A stretch of 64,000 bases of DNA, taken from the human T2T-CHM13v2.0 reference genome, Homo sapiens. Under the pieces are notes generated by a model. It was not told the origin of the DNA, did no database searches, and saw only the letters and a program-made list of their open reading frames with translations. Numbering within the stretch: the stretch's first letter is position 1; each line of letters starts with the position of its first letter. The position numbers and the translations under genes were made by a program. The stretch lies in assembly GCF_009914755.1 (NCBI RefSeq), contig NC_060930.1; one strand, given 5' to 3'. Shown one piece after another: positions 17,711-33,562 of the stretch.

Positions 17711-19026
17711 CTAAAAGTACAATAGTACATTAAATGAAGTACATAACAGGTCATTGTTATCTCTAACACGGAAAGAAAGCAAAAAAAGCACATTCTGAGA
17801 ATTCTCATTTAAAATTTTCCAAGTTGGGTACATTACAGAGTGTAACTTTTTCTTTTTTGCCATGGGCCCCTGGTGAAGCATATAGACCCCTTCTCAAAAT
17901 GTTTCTAAATTCATAAAATAAAATACACAGGGTTACAAAGAAAAGAATTACTCTGAAATAACCAAATAGCCAAAAATTAATTTGTGATATAGTAATGGAG
18001 GAAAATACTCAATTTCCGAGAGAGGTCAGGGAAAACAAAGTATAATTTTTTCTTTCCAACTAAATCCACAGATCCCCAGGGTAAGAATACCTATTTAAGA
18101 CTAAACTGGCATTTCTTCTGTTATTTTTCAAAATGCCATATTATTATCCTGTAACTTCGCTGAAAAAGGTTGAATAAAGTAGGATGGCTCGATCTGGCAA
18201 AGAAACAGCTAACGGATGATTTAGCATTTGTTTTAATCAAAGATTTTAAAACTGTTCTCTAAATAGCTTACTGTGTAAAGACCAATACAATAGGTGATCT
18301 TGGTAAAAAGGACTGCTTTTGGATAGTTAGTATAATTATACTCTAAACTTAAGATCCTAAAAACTGTGTTGAGCACCTCTTCTGGAGTTTTATTTTGCAT
18401 CACCTGTCTTAGCTGGTTTAGTTCCATACTCAGCCAAGAACTAGGGTGGAGTTGATGGTTTATTAAGGGCTCAGGCTTACTCTTCCAGCTCTAGGAATCT
18501 GTGTTCCCAATGTAGTTTCAATCATTTTTCAGTCTCCAAAATATAATGTTAATAAATGACATTAAAATATTAATATTATAGTTCAAGTAGTACTGAAGTT
18601 ATACATATGGACAAATATTTACAAATTGTAACTCACCTGCAGGTTGAAACATCAATGATAACTTTACTATATTATTTCCAGAAAGCTATTAAAGTCTCAT
18701 GAAAGCAATAAAAATTGGTGAATAAACTATGAAAAAATAAGGCTTCTAAACCCTTACAATGTTATTATCAAAACATCCGGACAGCAGTATTTGGATAGGA
18801 AAAAATGATTTTATTGCTGGAGGACACATTGGCTTATACCCACTAGATACTACCAACAAATGGGACAGGGCATTAAACATCTCTCAAGGTAAAAACGTTT
18901 CACCTTTCATAGATGATCTATGTTAATTACTGGAATGACAGACTTAAATAAATAAATACTGCTAAATAAAGTTAAAATTACCTTTTTTTTTCCCCCTAGA
19001 AAAGAGTTAACTAGCAGGTCTGATAC

Positions 19027-19547
19027 TGTTATATTTAAAACATCCTGCTTGCAAGGTTGGCCACTGGCTGGCATCTATTAACTTAGATTTTTGGGAATGT
19101 CTCCACCAACTTAACTGATAAAAGTGGTCATTGTGCCTACACTGTGGATGCAAACAGTACAGCTTAGGCTGAACTTCTGCTTTCCTTCTGGGAGTTTGGG
19201 ATTTAGGACATTCTAAGCAGAGGGTACCTACATGACCAACTCTCAATAAAAACCTTGGACACAGGGTATCTAATGAACTTTTGCCAGTGGACATTTCACA
19301 TGTATTCTCATAATTTGCTGCTGGAAGTATGTGCACCTTGTGTGACTCCACTGGGAAAATTTGGGAGTCTGGAAAGCCTGGTTTCCTCTGGACTTTACCC
19401 CATATATGCCTTTTCCCTCTGCTGATTTTGCTTTGTATCCCTTCACTGTAATAAATCATAGCCACAAGTAAGACTATGCTGAGTTCTGTGAGTCCTCTGC
19501 GTGAATCACAGAATCGGGGGGAGGAGTGGTCTTAGGATACCTGACAC
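19027..19547 (+). mobile_element. Solo LTR, MER21-like
   Basis: tgcaaggttggccactggctggc..., aataaatcatagccac..., ending ...acctgacaca. Confidence 0.7.
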
Positions 19548-22319
19548 ATCATAAAAAGGTGATGTTTATGTAGTCCTATTAGTAAGTCCAGAACAACACA
19601 TACAATGTCAGTTAGAAAACAAAGAAGACTTTGGTAAAGTATGGGAAAACAAAAAGGGTCCCCATAAGATAGTAAACTGCGGACTTCTTGACTTTTGAAT
19701 GACACAGCCATTGACAACTGCTTAACGGTCCAGTATACAGATGTTAAAAACATAAATATATATTCACAAGTGGTTTCTGATTCTATCTCACACACATACA
19801 TACATGTGCACACAAGTTATAAGCAAACACATGCAAAATGTCTTTATTTTCACAAAAGAGTTTAGTTTCTTTTTTTTTTCATAAAGCCTTTCTTCAGGGT
19901 GAAGTTTCTTTGTTTTTAAATCTAGGACTTTAAACTCAAATAACCAAACATTTAAAAATCTATTATGCATTATGATATGACTATTTTAGAAAAAACTTCA
20001 CCAGAATCTTCTCTTTCTTAAAAAATAGAAATAATTAAAACAAAAAGCCCTTAAAACATGTGAATATTCTTAGTATTTCCGCAATATGTACTTATAAAAC
20101 AAACATTAGTGAAAATCAACTGACACTATCAAAGAGAAGAGCTTTAATAAGCACTTCCCAATATACCTATAAATGCACAATATAAAACTAAACAGTTACC
20201 ATGTACCTTTTTAATTAACCCTTGGAAAGTACGCATTTTGAAGATATCTTCCTTTTAAGGCTAAATTTAGACACAAAGAGATAAAAAGGCAATTTTAAAT
20301 TTGGGCTTCATAATAAGGCAGCATGGCTTAGTAAAGTTTTTGAGGATGGAAACACAATTTTTCTCTTAGAAGAAAACACAAAAACCAGTTGTGTTTCCTT
20401 TAGGGAATAAACTAAATGTCTCAGACTTCCTTAAAAAAAATTAACATTCCCTTTTCACTATTTCTAGATGTTGGGCCTGCCAAATAGCGTAACATTTTAT
20501 TTTGAATTTAACTCAGATAATTACAGTAAGCTCTTGGGCTGATCTGCCCAAATATAAAGAACTAAGCATGAAAATTAAAAGTAGTATGATAAGCCTTTCT
20601 TATCCCTTTAAATTTGATCCTAGAATACCATTAGCCACATGGGCACAGTTTAACTCCTTGATGTGGGGCTCTAACCCCACTTCTAGCCATGCTTATCTTA
20701 GAAATACTGAGAATAACTGCTAAGGATGGTTAGCAAAACTTAGAAACCACAGACCCTTTTTTCATATATTTATGTCATCTTAAAATGCACTGAATTTTTA
20801 CCTAGTTTAGAAAAGAACATGTAAAAATATTCATGATTATAATTTGAACAACTTCATTATGTTTAATGCTGTTTCACTGATCAGAAATTTCTTAGCTGCT
20901 AGTTGATTCCGAACATGAAATGAAAAATTAAAGACATTCAAATGTGTTTATATAATTAAAATTGAATGTATCAATACTGCAAACAGTTAATAATAAAGCC
21001 AAAATGTGGTAGGTAAAAAAATAACTAACTTGAGCTATTTCATGAGTTATCAAATTTCTCCTCCTTAATACATTAGTAGTAGGATATAAACTGTATTTCA
21101 CCTTCCATTAATCTTTTCATATTTAGAATCTCCTACTTTTACTCTATGTATATACATAACCACATTCATTATATCTTACATCTTTATTCAGGGATGATAA
21201 TTATTAACTCCTTGTAGAGCACCACACACAAGCACCTAATAAATGTTAACATTTCTCATGCTGATAAAAGTATTTTTTGCACATTTCAATGGTGTCAGAT
21301 ATTTACTCAGCTATTAATGTGTACTTTGTTCTTGCTAGGTATTTCAAAACTCATTCTAAGAGGAAGACTAAGAGGACAATGACACACTGTAGTGCTGTCC
21401 CAAATAAGCAGAGAGAGAGTAGAAAAGCAAGCAGTGTTGGGAAGGGACAGCAGGGAGCAATGGCCAAGTGGAGAAACTGCCAGGATAGAGGAAAGGAGAA
21501 TTACCTGGAATGGGGAGGAGATGGGGAAGACTTCCAGAAGAGCAGAAGCTAGGAAGCCCCTGGGGTGGTGCAGGCCCACAGTGGGAAATGGTTCACGGTG
21601 TGTCTACATAGCGATCTTGTCTCTAGACCTGTGGACAGGGCAAGGACCACCAGCTAATGTTTGTCACACAAGAAGAGCTGCATGCCTCCAAGCATCACAT
21701 AGGCTGGGATACTAAACATGTAAGAGACCAGTGTGCACTGAAGACAAGAAGAGTCCTCTAGGACTGTCCTAGGAGACACATAAGAGCCTGGGGAACTTTG
21801 CATGATTTAGTAGGTGGGAAATTCTTATCAATGACTTACACTGACTCTTACAAGTGATAGCTGGAATCAGATTTTCTTATCATTTAAAAACTATTTCTTA
21901 CATATAAATGTTATTAAGGAACAAAATTCATACTAGCCATAACAGTAACATTCCCTGGAAAAAGAAATGTAACTTAAAACAATGATGAAATCTTGAACGC
22001 AATTTTTCATAAAATAAAAACTTCAACTGCATAAATATCCCTACATATGATGAGAATTTAGTCTTGAATTATTTACTTAAAGTTGAGAAATTGGAGACTC
22101 TAAAGTTAGGAAAAACATTGTGTCTTGAGGAATAGATACTAATTCCATGTTTTTAAAAATGAGAGCAAGTAAACATTATCACTCATTGAATCGGTGCTTT
22201 GATCTTGTCCTGTTTAAAAAAATTTTTTTTTGCCTACTGATATGGGGAAGCTCAGGGTCAAAACTATTACGTAAATTATCTAGTGATACACTAACCCCTC
22301 ACTATTTTTCTTTTATTAA

Positions 22320-22759
<440 letters not shown>

Positions 22760-23128
22760 TATGTAACCTTTTTTAATGTCAGTGCTAGGATACAGGCTAA
22801 TCCATATTTTATTGGCATGATATTTATCTCTTATAAGAGGCTGCCCTTACATTTCATAAGAATGGCTATGGTTACAAAAGCCATATTAATAGGCAATATG
22901 CAATGAGTCAAGTTCTATTAATAAAACCTTCTATAGCAAAAAAAAGGTTAATATGCTTAGAGATACTGTTAGATAATAAAGTCTATTCAAATAATTTAAA
23001 TCTAAAAGGAAGCCTGATAAGTTACCTTTAAAAGTATTATTTAAATAGGTAAAAGTAAATGATGACACCCTCATATCCATGATTCAGATTTAACACTTGT
23101 TAACTTTTACCATAAGAAATTACTTTTT

Positions 23129-23436
<308 letters not shown>

Positions 23437-25388
23437 AAGAAATTACTTTTCAATATAAGTGGAAAGGCTTTTTGATATATTGTCTAAAGCTTATTGCAAA
23501 TGTTTTCCTGAATCACTAATGTGAATTCTAAATAAAAAAAATATATTAGTTATTTAACAGCCAATTCACAAGGGAAGAGGAACTATAACAAAACTACTTC
23601 CCTGTTTTGTAACCAAAAAAACCAAATTAGAATAATTAAAGAAAAAGTTTCAAATGCTTGCCAACAAAATCCTAGGTCCCACGTACAAAACAGCTAGATA
23701 TCATGGGAAAAGAATGCTATAAGGTACAGAGAAAAACCACTAGTGAAGCATATGCACCAAAATGGAAATGCAATAAATGACTGTGGGTGTTAAATATTTT
23801 CATCAAAGAAATTCTGAAACTATCATACAATATCATTTCCAAGCTAGCTGAGAAACTGAATATACTAATACTGATTATAGTGCAATTTAGAGAATACTGA
23901 TCATAGTTCAATTTAGAGGAAGGCAGGCCATAAAATCTGCTACTGGATGGCCTATGCCAAATTCAAAACAAATATGCCAGAAGGTTGAAAGTGCCAAAAC
24001 TAAACTACTAATTGTGTCCCTGGTATAGCAACTCAAGGGATGAAAGAAAGGAAAATTCTATGTACATAATTAAACCAATGGAAATCAATGGTTCATAAAG
24101 CCATTCTATAGTGGGGGTGTGGGGACATTCACTGCATAGAGCACTCAGGAGCCAGACTACCTGTGCCGGAATCCTGGGTTTGGCCTGTGGTTTCCTCTGC
24201 AGTAAACTATGTTAACAAAGTAAGTTAAATTCTGACAAATGGTAATTAGTGTATCCTATAATAGTTACTTATTTCCTGGACAAACAATACATTTTATATT
24301 CCACAACTTATATATAATTAGAAAAGGGGGCAAAAGAGAACTATAAAAGCAAATTCATTCAGGCATTTACTGCAAGCCATAATATTTAGGGTTGTGGATA
24401 AGGAAGGTAAGGAAGACATGGTCCTTCCTCTCAAAGAGCTCACTACTAACTACAACTTGATATGGAAAAAAAACAAGGGTTCCATCAAAGCTTTGAGAAA
24501 ACAGATTTTCACAAATAAGAAAGAGTAAATGCAGATTATCTTAAAGTTTTCCTTCGAATAAATCAGCCAACATTATTTACCAATACACCAAGCACTTTCC
24601 AAGCATAGAATCACGATCTCTGACTTTCTGGTCACCTTTCTGGTGACCAGAAATAACGATGGGGCAGAGTCTCTGTATTACCACCTACGCTATTTGTGAC
24701 ATTGCAGGGCAAGCAAAGGCATCTTTCAATTATTAAATAAATTGAGTTGTTGACATTCAGATTTTCTTTTAGAAACAGAATAACATCAACATTTGCTTAA
24801 AGCTCAAAAAAATTCCTCATTTATGCTAACAGTTGTTTTTGAAAGTAATCCAAAGTGACAAATGTAATTTTAAAATGAAAACAGAGTCTATAAAATTTGC
24901 ATATATAATAACCTGTAGGCTGCCATTTTAGGCTTTGCATATTTTCTGTCCTGCAAAAGGAGAAGGAAAAGAGCAACTGAATACTCTAATGGTCTTGTCG
25001 TCTATTACAAATAGCAAAGTGGGTGTATCTTGCCTTCTTTTGTCTTTAAATGCAGTTTCCCAGTGAATCTATTCGGCAAAAGAACACTAATGAAAGCAAC
25101 ACCATTATTATTCGACTTTTTAGTTATTCACAGAAGTACCTTATTGCCCTTATTCCTTCCATATGTGTACCCATCAGTAAATAACCTCTAACATAGATGT
25201 TGATCTTCCACTATTTTTGAGTCTCTAAAGGCAGGAAATTATATTAAACTGCATAGAAAGAAATATATTCTTAGGTTTCTGTGGAGTTTGAAGACAGATT
25301 CCCCTGAAATATTTAAAATATTGTACAGCCTCAGCAACAGTGAGACTTCACCTCCACAAAAAAACCCACAAAACCTACACCTATATAT

Positions 25389-25866
<478 letters not shown>

Positions 25867-26032
25867 TCATAGAAGACAAAGGTTTACTATTTGCAAGATT
25901 AAATAAAAACTTTTGAGGTGGGGAAGAAGAAAGATAAAAAGAATAACTCTCACATGTCATGCTGCACTCTAAATCAATGACACAAGGTCTCCAAGCAGGT
26001 ATTTGTATTTTCTGCAACATGGGGTGTCTCTG

Positions 26033-26647
26033 TGTAAAAAGTGAAGTAGAGGTTCCCCTTCAAAGACACTTTCCTCCCCGTCTAATTAAGGACAAATAGT
26101 GACTTCTCTTAGAAGTAAAATTTATTCAAAGACCTGTCATAACATCCTTAAATATCTGCTAGCCGTAATAAAGAAATCAATATACTTTGTGTTCTTAGCT
26201 CCTACAATTTAGCCTAAATATCTGCCTTGGCATGCTTACATTGGTCCAAGCAAGCATTAGGTGACAGCCTGTTCCTCTTCCTTATTTGGAGGTGTTTTTA
26301 CCTTTCTCAGCATTTCACAAGTTACTTCCTGCTTCCTTTGTTCTCCCCTGCCTTTGCCTCTTTTGAAAAGTTAAAGTTGCTAGCCAATCGGGACAAATAC
26401 AGAATGTGAGGTTCCGTTCCAGCCAATGGAAACCAGACACAGCAGTAAGGTGGATGTGTCAAGTTATAAATGACCCTGTCTCCTTTGTTCGGTATACTCT
26501 CGTGGCAAAACTGCTGGCGAGTGTACCCTTTCTGCAGAGAGTAAAAATGGCCTTGCTGAGATAATTAAATTTATGTTCAAGTGCTATTTCTTTGTGGCAC
26601 CAGGGAACAAGCATGCTATTTCTAAATAAACATTTTTACATATAACA
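26033..26647 (+). mobile_element. Complete solo LTR, LTR10 family (ERV1; probably LTR10C)
   Basis: TGTAAAAAGTGAAGTAGAGGTTCC...TAACA with TG..CA termini; 4-bp TSD TCTG at 26029-26032 and 26648-26651; two CCAAT boxes and TATAAA. Confidence 0.85.
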
Positions 26648-26941
26648 TCTGTGGGCCTGGATCTCATGAAAGATTAAGCTTGAGGTAAAATTATTCAAGT
26701 GTAAAAATAAATAAATAAATACAGTAAAAACTCCAGGCACTAAGGGAACATACTTTATAGACAACCATGAAGAATTATTAATTTTTATATTCCTCCCTAT
26801 CAATAAAACTCTTAATGGGAAAGAGAGAAGAAATCTTTTGGTTAACATGATAAATCAAAATGCAGTCATTTAGAGTGCAGTATTGGCATGGACTCAGGGG
26901 AAAATGGCAAACCTTTAAAGGTCTTTAAGAACTGGAATATG

Positions 26942-27240
26942 GGCTAGGTGCGGTGGCTAACACCTGTAATCCCAGCACTTTGGGAGGCCGAGGTGGGCTG
27001 ATCATGAGATCAGGAGTTCAAGACCAGCCTGGACAACATAGTGAAACCCTGTCTCTACTAAAAAATACAAAAAAAAAATAGCTGGGTGTGGTGCTGGGCA
27101 CCTGTAATCCCAGCTACTCGTGAGGCTGAGGCAGAATTGCTTCAACCCAGGAGGCAGAGGTTGCAGTGAGCCAAGATCACACCATTGCACTTCAGCCTAG
27201 GCAACAGTGTGAGACTCCTCAAAAAAAAAAAAAAAAAAAA
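26942..27240 (+). mobile_element. AluS
   Basis: Full dimer; TSD AACTGGAATATG. Confidence 0.9.
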
Positions 27241-27956
27241 AAAAACTGGAATATGTTTTTGTTCAATTTAACTGCAAAGCCAGCTGCAGGAAAAAATCAC
27301 GTTAACAGGAAAATGATGAAGCACCCTCTGTGGCTTAAGCTGGAGAAGTAAAGCATTATTTTTGCAAGTGCTTTTTCTCACACACAAGCAGAACATGTTT
27401 AGTCTGATCCCCTGATCTGTCACCAATATGGCTGACTTCGTATCCGCGTTTCCACTGTGAGGCCCAGAAACGGCAGAGATAACAACAGGGACAACAAAAA
27501 GGAAACACATCCCTGGAGATTGTTTGGACAGGAAGGGCTTTATTAATAAACTTCAGGAAGAACTGAAGATAAAGAAGCAAAGTATCCAAGGGACTAAATG
27601 AAATAGAGTAGGCAGAAATTCACCTTGGACAAAAGCCAGGAAAAGTAGGTGAAAGATGTAAATGGAAAAAGCACACGCAATTTCAGAGAGAAATAGACAT
27701 GCTGTCCCCCACACCAGAAAAAGAACAAAAATACTCATTTTTCAAGTCTAATTGATATACAGTTATTACCACGAAAAAAGCTGCAGTACATATTAACTGA
27801 CAGAAAATTGAGAAATTTCTGTGTCGAATAATTATCTTGCATGTTTATTCTAAAAAGATTCTATACCTGAAGAAATACTGTCCCAAATCAACTAAAAGGA
27901 CATTTAAAAAATCTTAGATTAGGAAATAAAAATAACCTAGTAAAATAAGTGCAACA

Positions 27957-28251
27957 TTTTCTTTCTTTCTGAGACAGGGTCTTGCTCTGTTGCCCAGGCT
28001 GGAGTGCAGTGTCATGACTACAGCTCACTGTAGCCTTGAACCCCTGGGGTCTAGCAATCCTCCTACCTCAGTCTCCCCAGTAACTAGGACTACAGGCACA
28101 GGCCACTGTGCCTGGCTAATATTTTATTACTTTACAGAGGCCAGGTCTCATTATGTTGCCCAAACTGGTCTTGAACTCCTGGTGTCAAGCAATCCTCCTG
28201 CCTTGGCCTCCCAAAGTGCTGGGATGCAAGTGTGAGTCACTGTGCCCAGCC
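27957..28251 (-). mobile_element. AluJ
   Basis: Diverged full dimer. Confidence 0.85.
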
Positions 28252-28307
28252 AAAAGCAACATTTTCAATTATGTTTTGGTTCCTTGTTTTAAAGAACATA
28301 TTTTTTA

Positions 28308-28637
<330 letters not shown>

Positions 28638-28648
28638 TTACTAAGCTA

Positions 28649-28912
<264 letters not shown>

Positions 28913-29599
28913 CTATGACCCCATAAACTGACACAAGTCAAATTCAATATATTTAATCATAAATTCAACATACTGAATAGATCACTGAAATTAAGCTCAC
29001 AGAAACCAATAGGTTATGAGCTCATCAAAGGTAAAGTCTAGGACTAATTTATCTTTGTACTAACAGTGCTGAACACCACCCTAGCAGACATTAAAAAATA
29101 AACATTTATTAAGCATCTACTCTGTTGAAGTGACATCATGAAGCTAGACACTAGGCACTCAAAATTTATTAAAAAAACTGATGGAAACTGTTTTCAAACT
29201 TTCTTTTTAAACTTGTAGGCATTAATGCGAAGACAGCAATGGTTTTGTTGTTATATTAGTTCTTAAACAAAATTGGAGGAAAACAGCAAGGTAAAACTTG
29301 GAACATCCTTGATTATTTCTCAGGTTCAAGGTAGCCAAGCAACAAAAATCTTTAATTTGACTGTGTATAATTTTTTAGTCTTTGATGATAAATTCAGAGT
29401 TCAGGGATAGTGTTAATTTGAACCTAAAAAAAAAAAAGAAAAAAAAAAACCCAAACACCAAAAACTGAGGTTGGTAAACTACATATCAAAATTCCTAGTA
29501 CAGTCTGGGAGTATGTAGACTCAAGATATTCTGCATAAAGATGATCATAACTTCCGTTAGAAAGGATATATGCAGCCTGGGTTAAGAGGAATATTAGTT

Positions 29600-29756
29600 G
29601 GGAGCGGGGAGGGATAGCATTAGGAGATATACCTAATGTTAAATGACGAGTTAATGGGTACAGCACACCAACATGGCACATGTATACATATGTAACAAAC
29701 CTGCACGTTGTGCACATGTACCCTAGAACTTAAAGTATAAAATAATAAAAAAAAAA
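29600..29756 (+). mobile_element. Short 5'-truncated L1PA (about PA3-PA5) 3' end
   Basis: gggatagcattaggagatatacctaatg...aacttaaagtataa plus A tail; 16-bp TSD AAGAGGAAYATTAGTT at 29584-29599 and 29757-29772. Confidence 0.92.
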
Positions 29757-29796
29757 AAGAGGAACATTAGTTTTATTACTTTAAAAACCAATTTAT

Positions 29797-30464
<668 letters not shown>

Positions 30465-31884
30465 TCAGATCTAAAGGGCTTTACTGATACACATTTTTCT
30501 ATTCAAGGTTCAGTAGAAAGTGGGACGTGACTGAACACAGGACACAGGAATATACAATACTTTGGAACTTAGGAACAAGAAGGATGACTGAAGCTCTATT
30601 AACTTTCAAGCAAGAGCAAATGTGATTATAATTCAGGGTGGTTGGAGCAGTGTGTGGAAAGATGCTCAGTGTTCCAAAACACAAAAATGGGAAAAGTAAG
30701 GGCCAATTCCATTTAACATTCAGCCTAATACATTTTCAAAAACTAATTCTGTGCTTAGAAACTGCCAACTTTCAAATGGAGATAGCTGAAACAGCAAAAA
30801 TATTCTTTAACAGTGATGGTTATAATGGAAATGCTGACAGATCATTAACCACAGCAGTCCTTTAGAGAAAAAACTGCTGTAACGAAATCCTGCAGCTAAA
30901 ATTTAATGAATACCCTAATCACATATTTGCTAATGCCTCTGAAATGTCTAAATCGGTCAAATTAATAAAAATCAGTGCTATCTATTAAGTCTGACTATTG
31001 AGCCTAGGGCCTAGCCCTCTGACTACCAGCTGTTGTGAACTACAGGTTGATTTTTTAAATGCAGGGCATGTATTCTGATTCTTCCATAGTGAACAGTAAT
31101 GGTTCTGTTAACAGGTTCAAGGTCTACTCTTCTTAGAGTGCTTCTTATGTGACAAGCACTGTAGATATAAAAGTTAAGTCCACGCCTTCAAGGAACATGC
31201 CTAGTAGGGCAGGGAAGCACACAAATAAGAACATAAGACAGGAGCCTTACCATACTTGAGTAGAGCTGGATACCAGGAAATTGGTGATGTGAGAAGATGG
31301 GCAAGGGTGTGTCTTTGTGTCAGAGAATGCTTTATAGAAATGATACTAGAGCTGTTTCTTAAAATACACATGGTGGTAACAACAGATTTTTTTTTAAGTT
31401 TGTATTTCACAATCTACCCCGTCCTTCACTACCATAACAACTTCATTTACCTTGCCCTCTCACACCTTGATTACTGGTTTACATGAATTAGGAATGGTTC
31501 TGAGTAAACTCATTATATGAGAGATAATTTGTGGTAGTACTTAACTGTTTGGATCGCACTCCTCTCTTTTTCTCTTTTCCTTTTGGACTTTCCCCAACCC
31601 ACTCCTACCTCTCACTGTACAGTTAAAGGGGAAGACAAAGTATCACCCTTTGCTTATCTTCTGGGCCACTGGCTATGGTATAACAGGGGATCCTACTTCA
31701 TGTAGAATGGCCCAGGGAGGCTGGATGTCCTTAGATTGAAAAATGGCAGGGCTGTGGTTGAGAAAGGTGTACACAGTTAGACTTACTTCTTCCCTGTATA
31801 CTCACTTCTACATTTAACTAATAAAAGTAGGCAATTTCTCTTTATTAAAACCACAAAAGCCTACATCAGGTCTTACTCTGGGGT

Positions 31885-32179
<295 letters not shown>

Positions 32180-32381
32180 TGAAGTTACCTTCCCCAAAGG
32201 TAACTTGTGTGGTGAGAATTACTCAAATAAATAGAAGATTTTATGCAAAAGAGCCATTAGGGAAAAAAAAAAAAAAATAGGTAGGACATACTACTTCATC
32301 CAATGGGATTCTGCCTATATTCTGTCCAGATCAAAGTTTTTACAAATTGAATTTTACAATGAAATGAAAAATAAAATCTCA

Positions 32382-32483
<102 letters not shown>

Positions 32484-32974
32484 TCAATAAAGTATACAGT
32501 TTCTCATTCTTGTTATCCATTTTTTGACATAAGAACCATGTACTTCTCTATTATCAAACATAAGTAGAAAATTCTTTTCACTAAATTTACCAACTCAATG
32601 TTTTTTACTAAAACATTCATCATTGTGTTTTCATGTGTTATGGAAAGGGAGTAAGAAATTACTTGTAGGGCAGTTATTCCAAAGAATCTCACATTTTCAC
32701 AGTAACAGAACTTTCACCTACATTATTAATAGGATTTGAGGACATGTTAGAGTAACTGCTATTCTAGTCAATTTCAAGAAGAGAAAAAAAAAAAATCCCA
32801 GTAATTAACAAGAAATATATTTGTCTGTGCCCTAAGAACCGAAGCCTCACTGTTGTATTTTCCCTTTTTGTGTTTTCTAAATAGCTCATTCTATCTCCTT
32901 TTAATCACTAACATCTACCCTCTGCATGCCTGCTCCCTAACAGCATGTAATAATCTAAGGCCTTCACTTTCCCA

Positions 32975-33562
32975 TACTGCTGATGCTGGTTTCACACTCA
33001 ACATCTATTCTGCTTTCCTTCTTGGGTGCCCTCATCTACTGCCGAGGCTGAAAATGTAAAAAGTACAATTCCCAGAGTCTCCTGTGGTTAGAGTTCCAGT
33101 AGTCTTCTAGGTTTGGGCAATCAGATACAGTGTCTGTAAGATTTGGAAGGGGAGCTACTTCTATTTTTTTATGACAAGCACAGTGGTGGGGGCTGTGTTT
33201 TTTTGTGACACCATGAACAGAGGTCCTAGTATTCCATGATGGCCACCAAAGAAATTGAAAGTATATGGGGCTGCCTCTTATGCCTGTATGAATTCTAGAT
33301 GGCATGGCAGGAGTAGTGGCATTTTCTTGACCATGGCAGTGGCAGCATGGTTCTAGAGCAGTGCAAGGGATTGCAGAAGAGGCAGGAGCTCCCTTGATGA
33401 CAAGGTTCCATAGTGCAGTTTTGGGAGTTATTTATGTCAGCTTAATCCAAAGCTTCTGCAGCCCTCCAACAACTTTGTAAACCATTCAATATTCTACAAT
33501 AAATCCTCTTCTGCCTTTACTAAGAATGGATTTAGTTTTTTGCAAATAAACCCTCACCAATA
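32975..33562 (+). mobile_element. Old ERVL-type LTR (LTR33-like)
   Basis: gaggctgaaaa...ttcccagagtctcc motif and aataaatcctcttctgc 3' part; family recalled loosely. Confidence 0.45.

Noticed and set aside
19007-19465. Longest ORF (152 aa)
   Set aside because: Lies almost entirely antisense within a MER21-like LTR and has no protein-like features.
21400-21830. Purine-rich, higher-GC block with overlapping ORFs on both strands
   Set aside because: No homology I can recognise. Probably a decayed ancient repeat; a Dfam search is needed.
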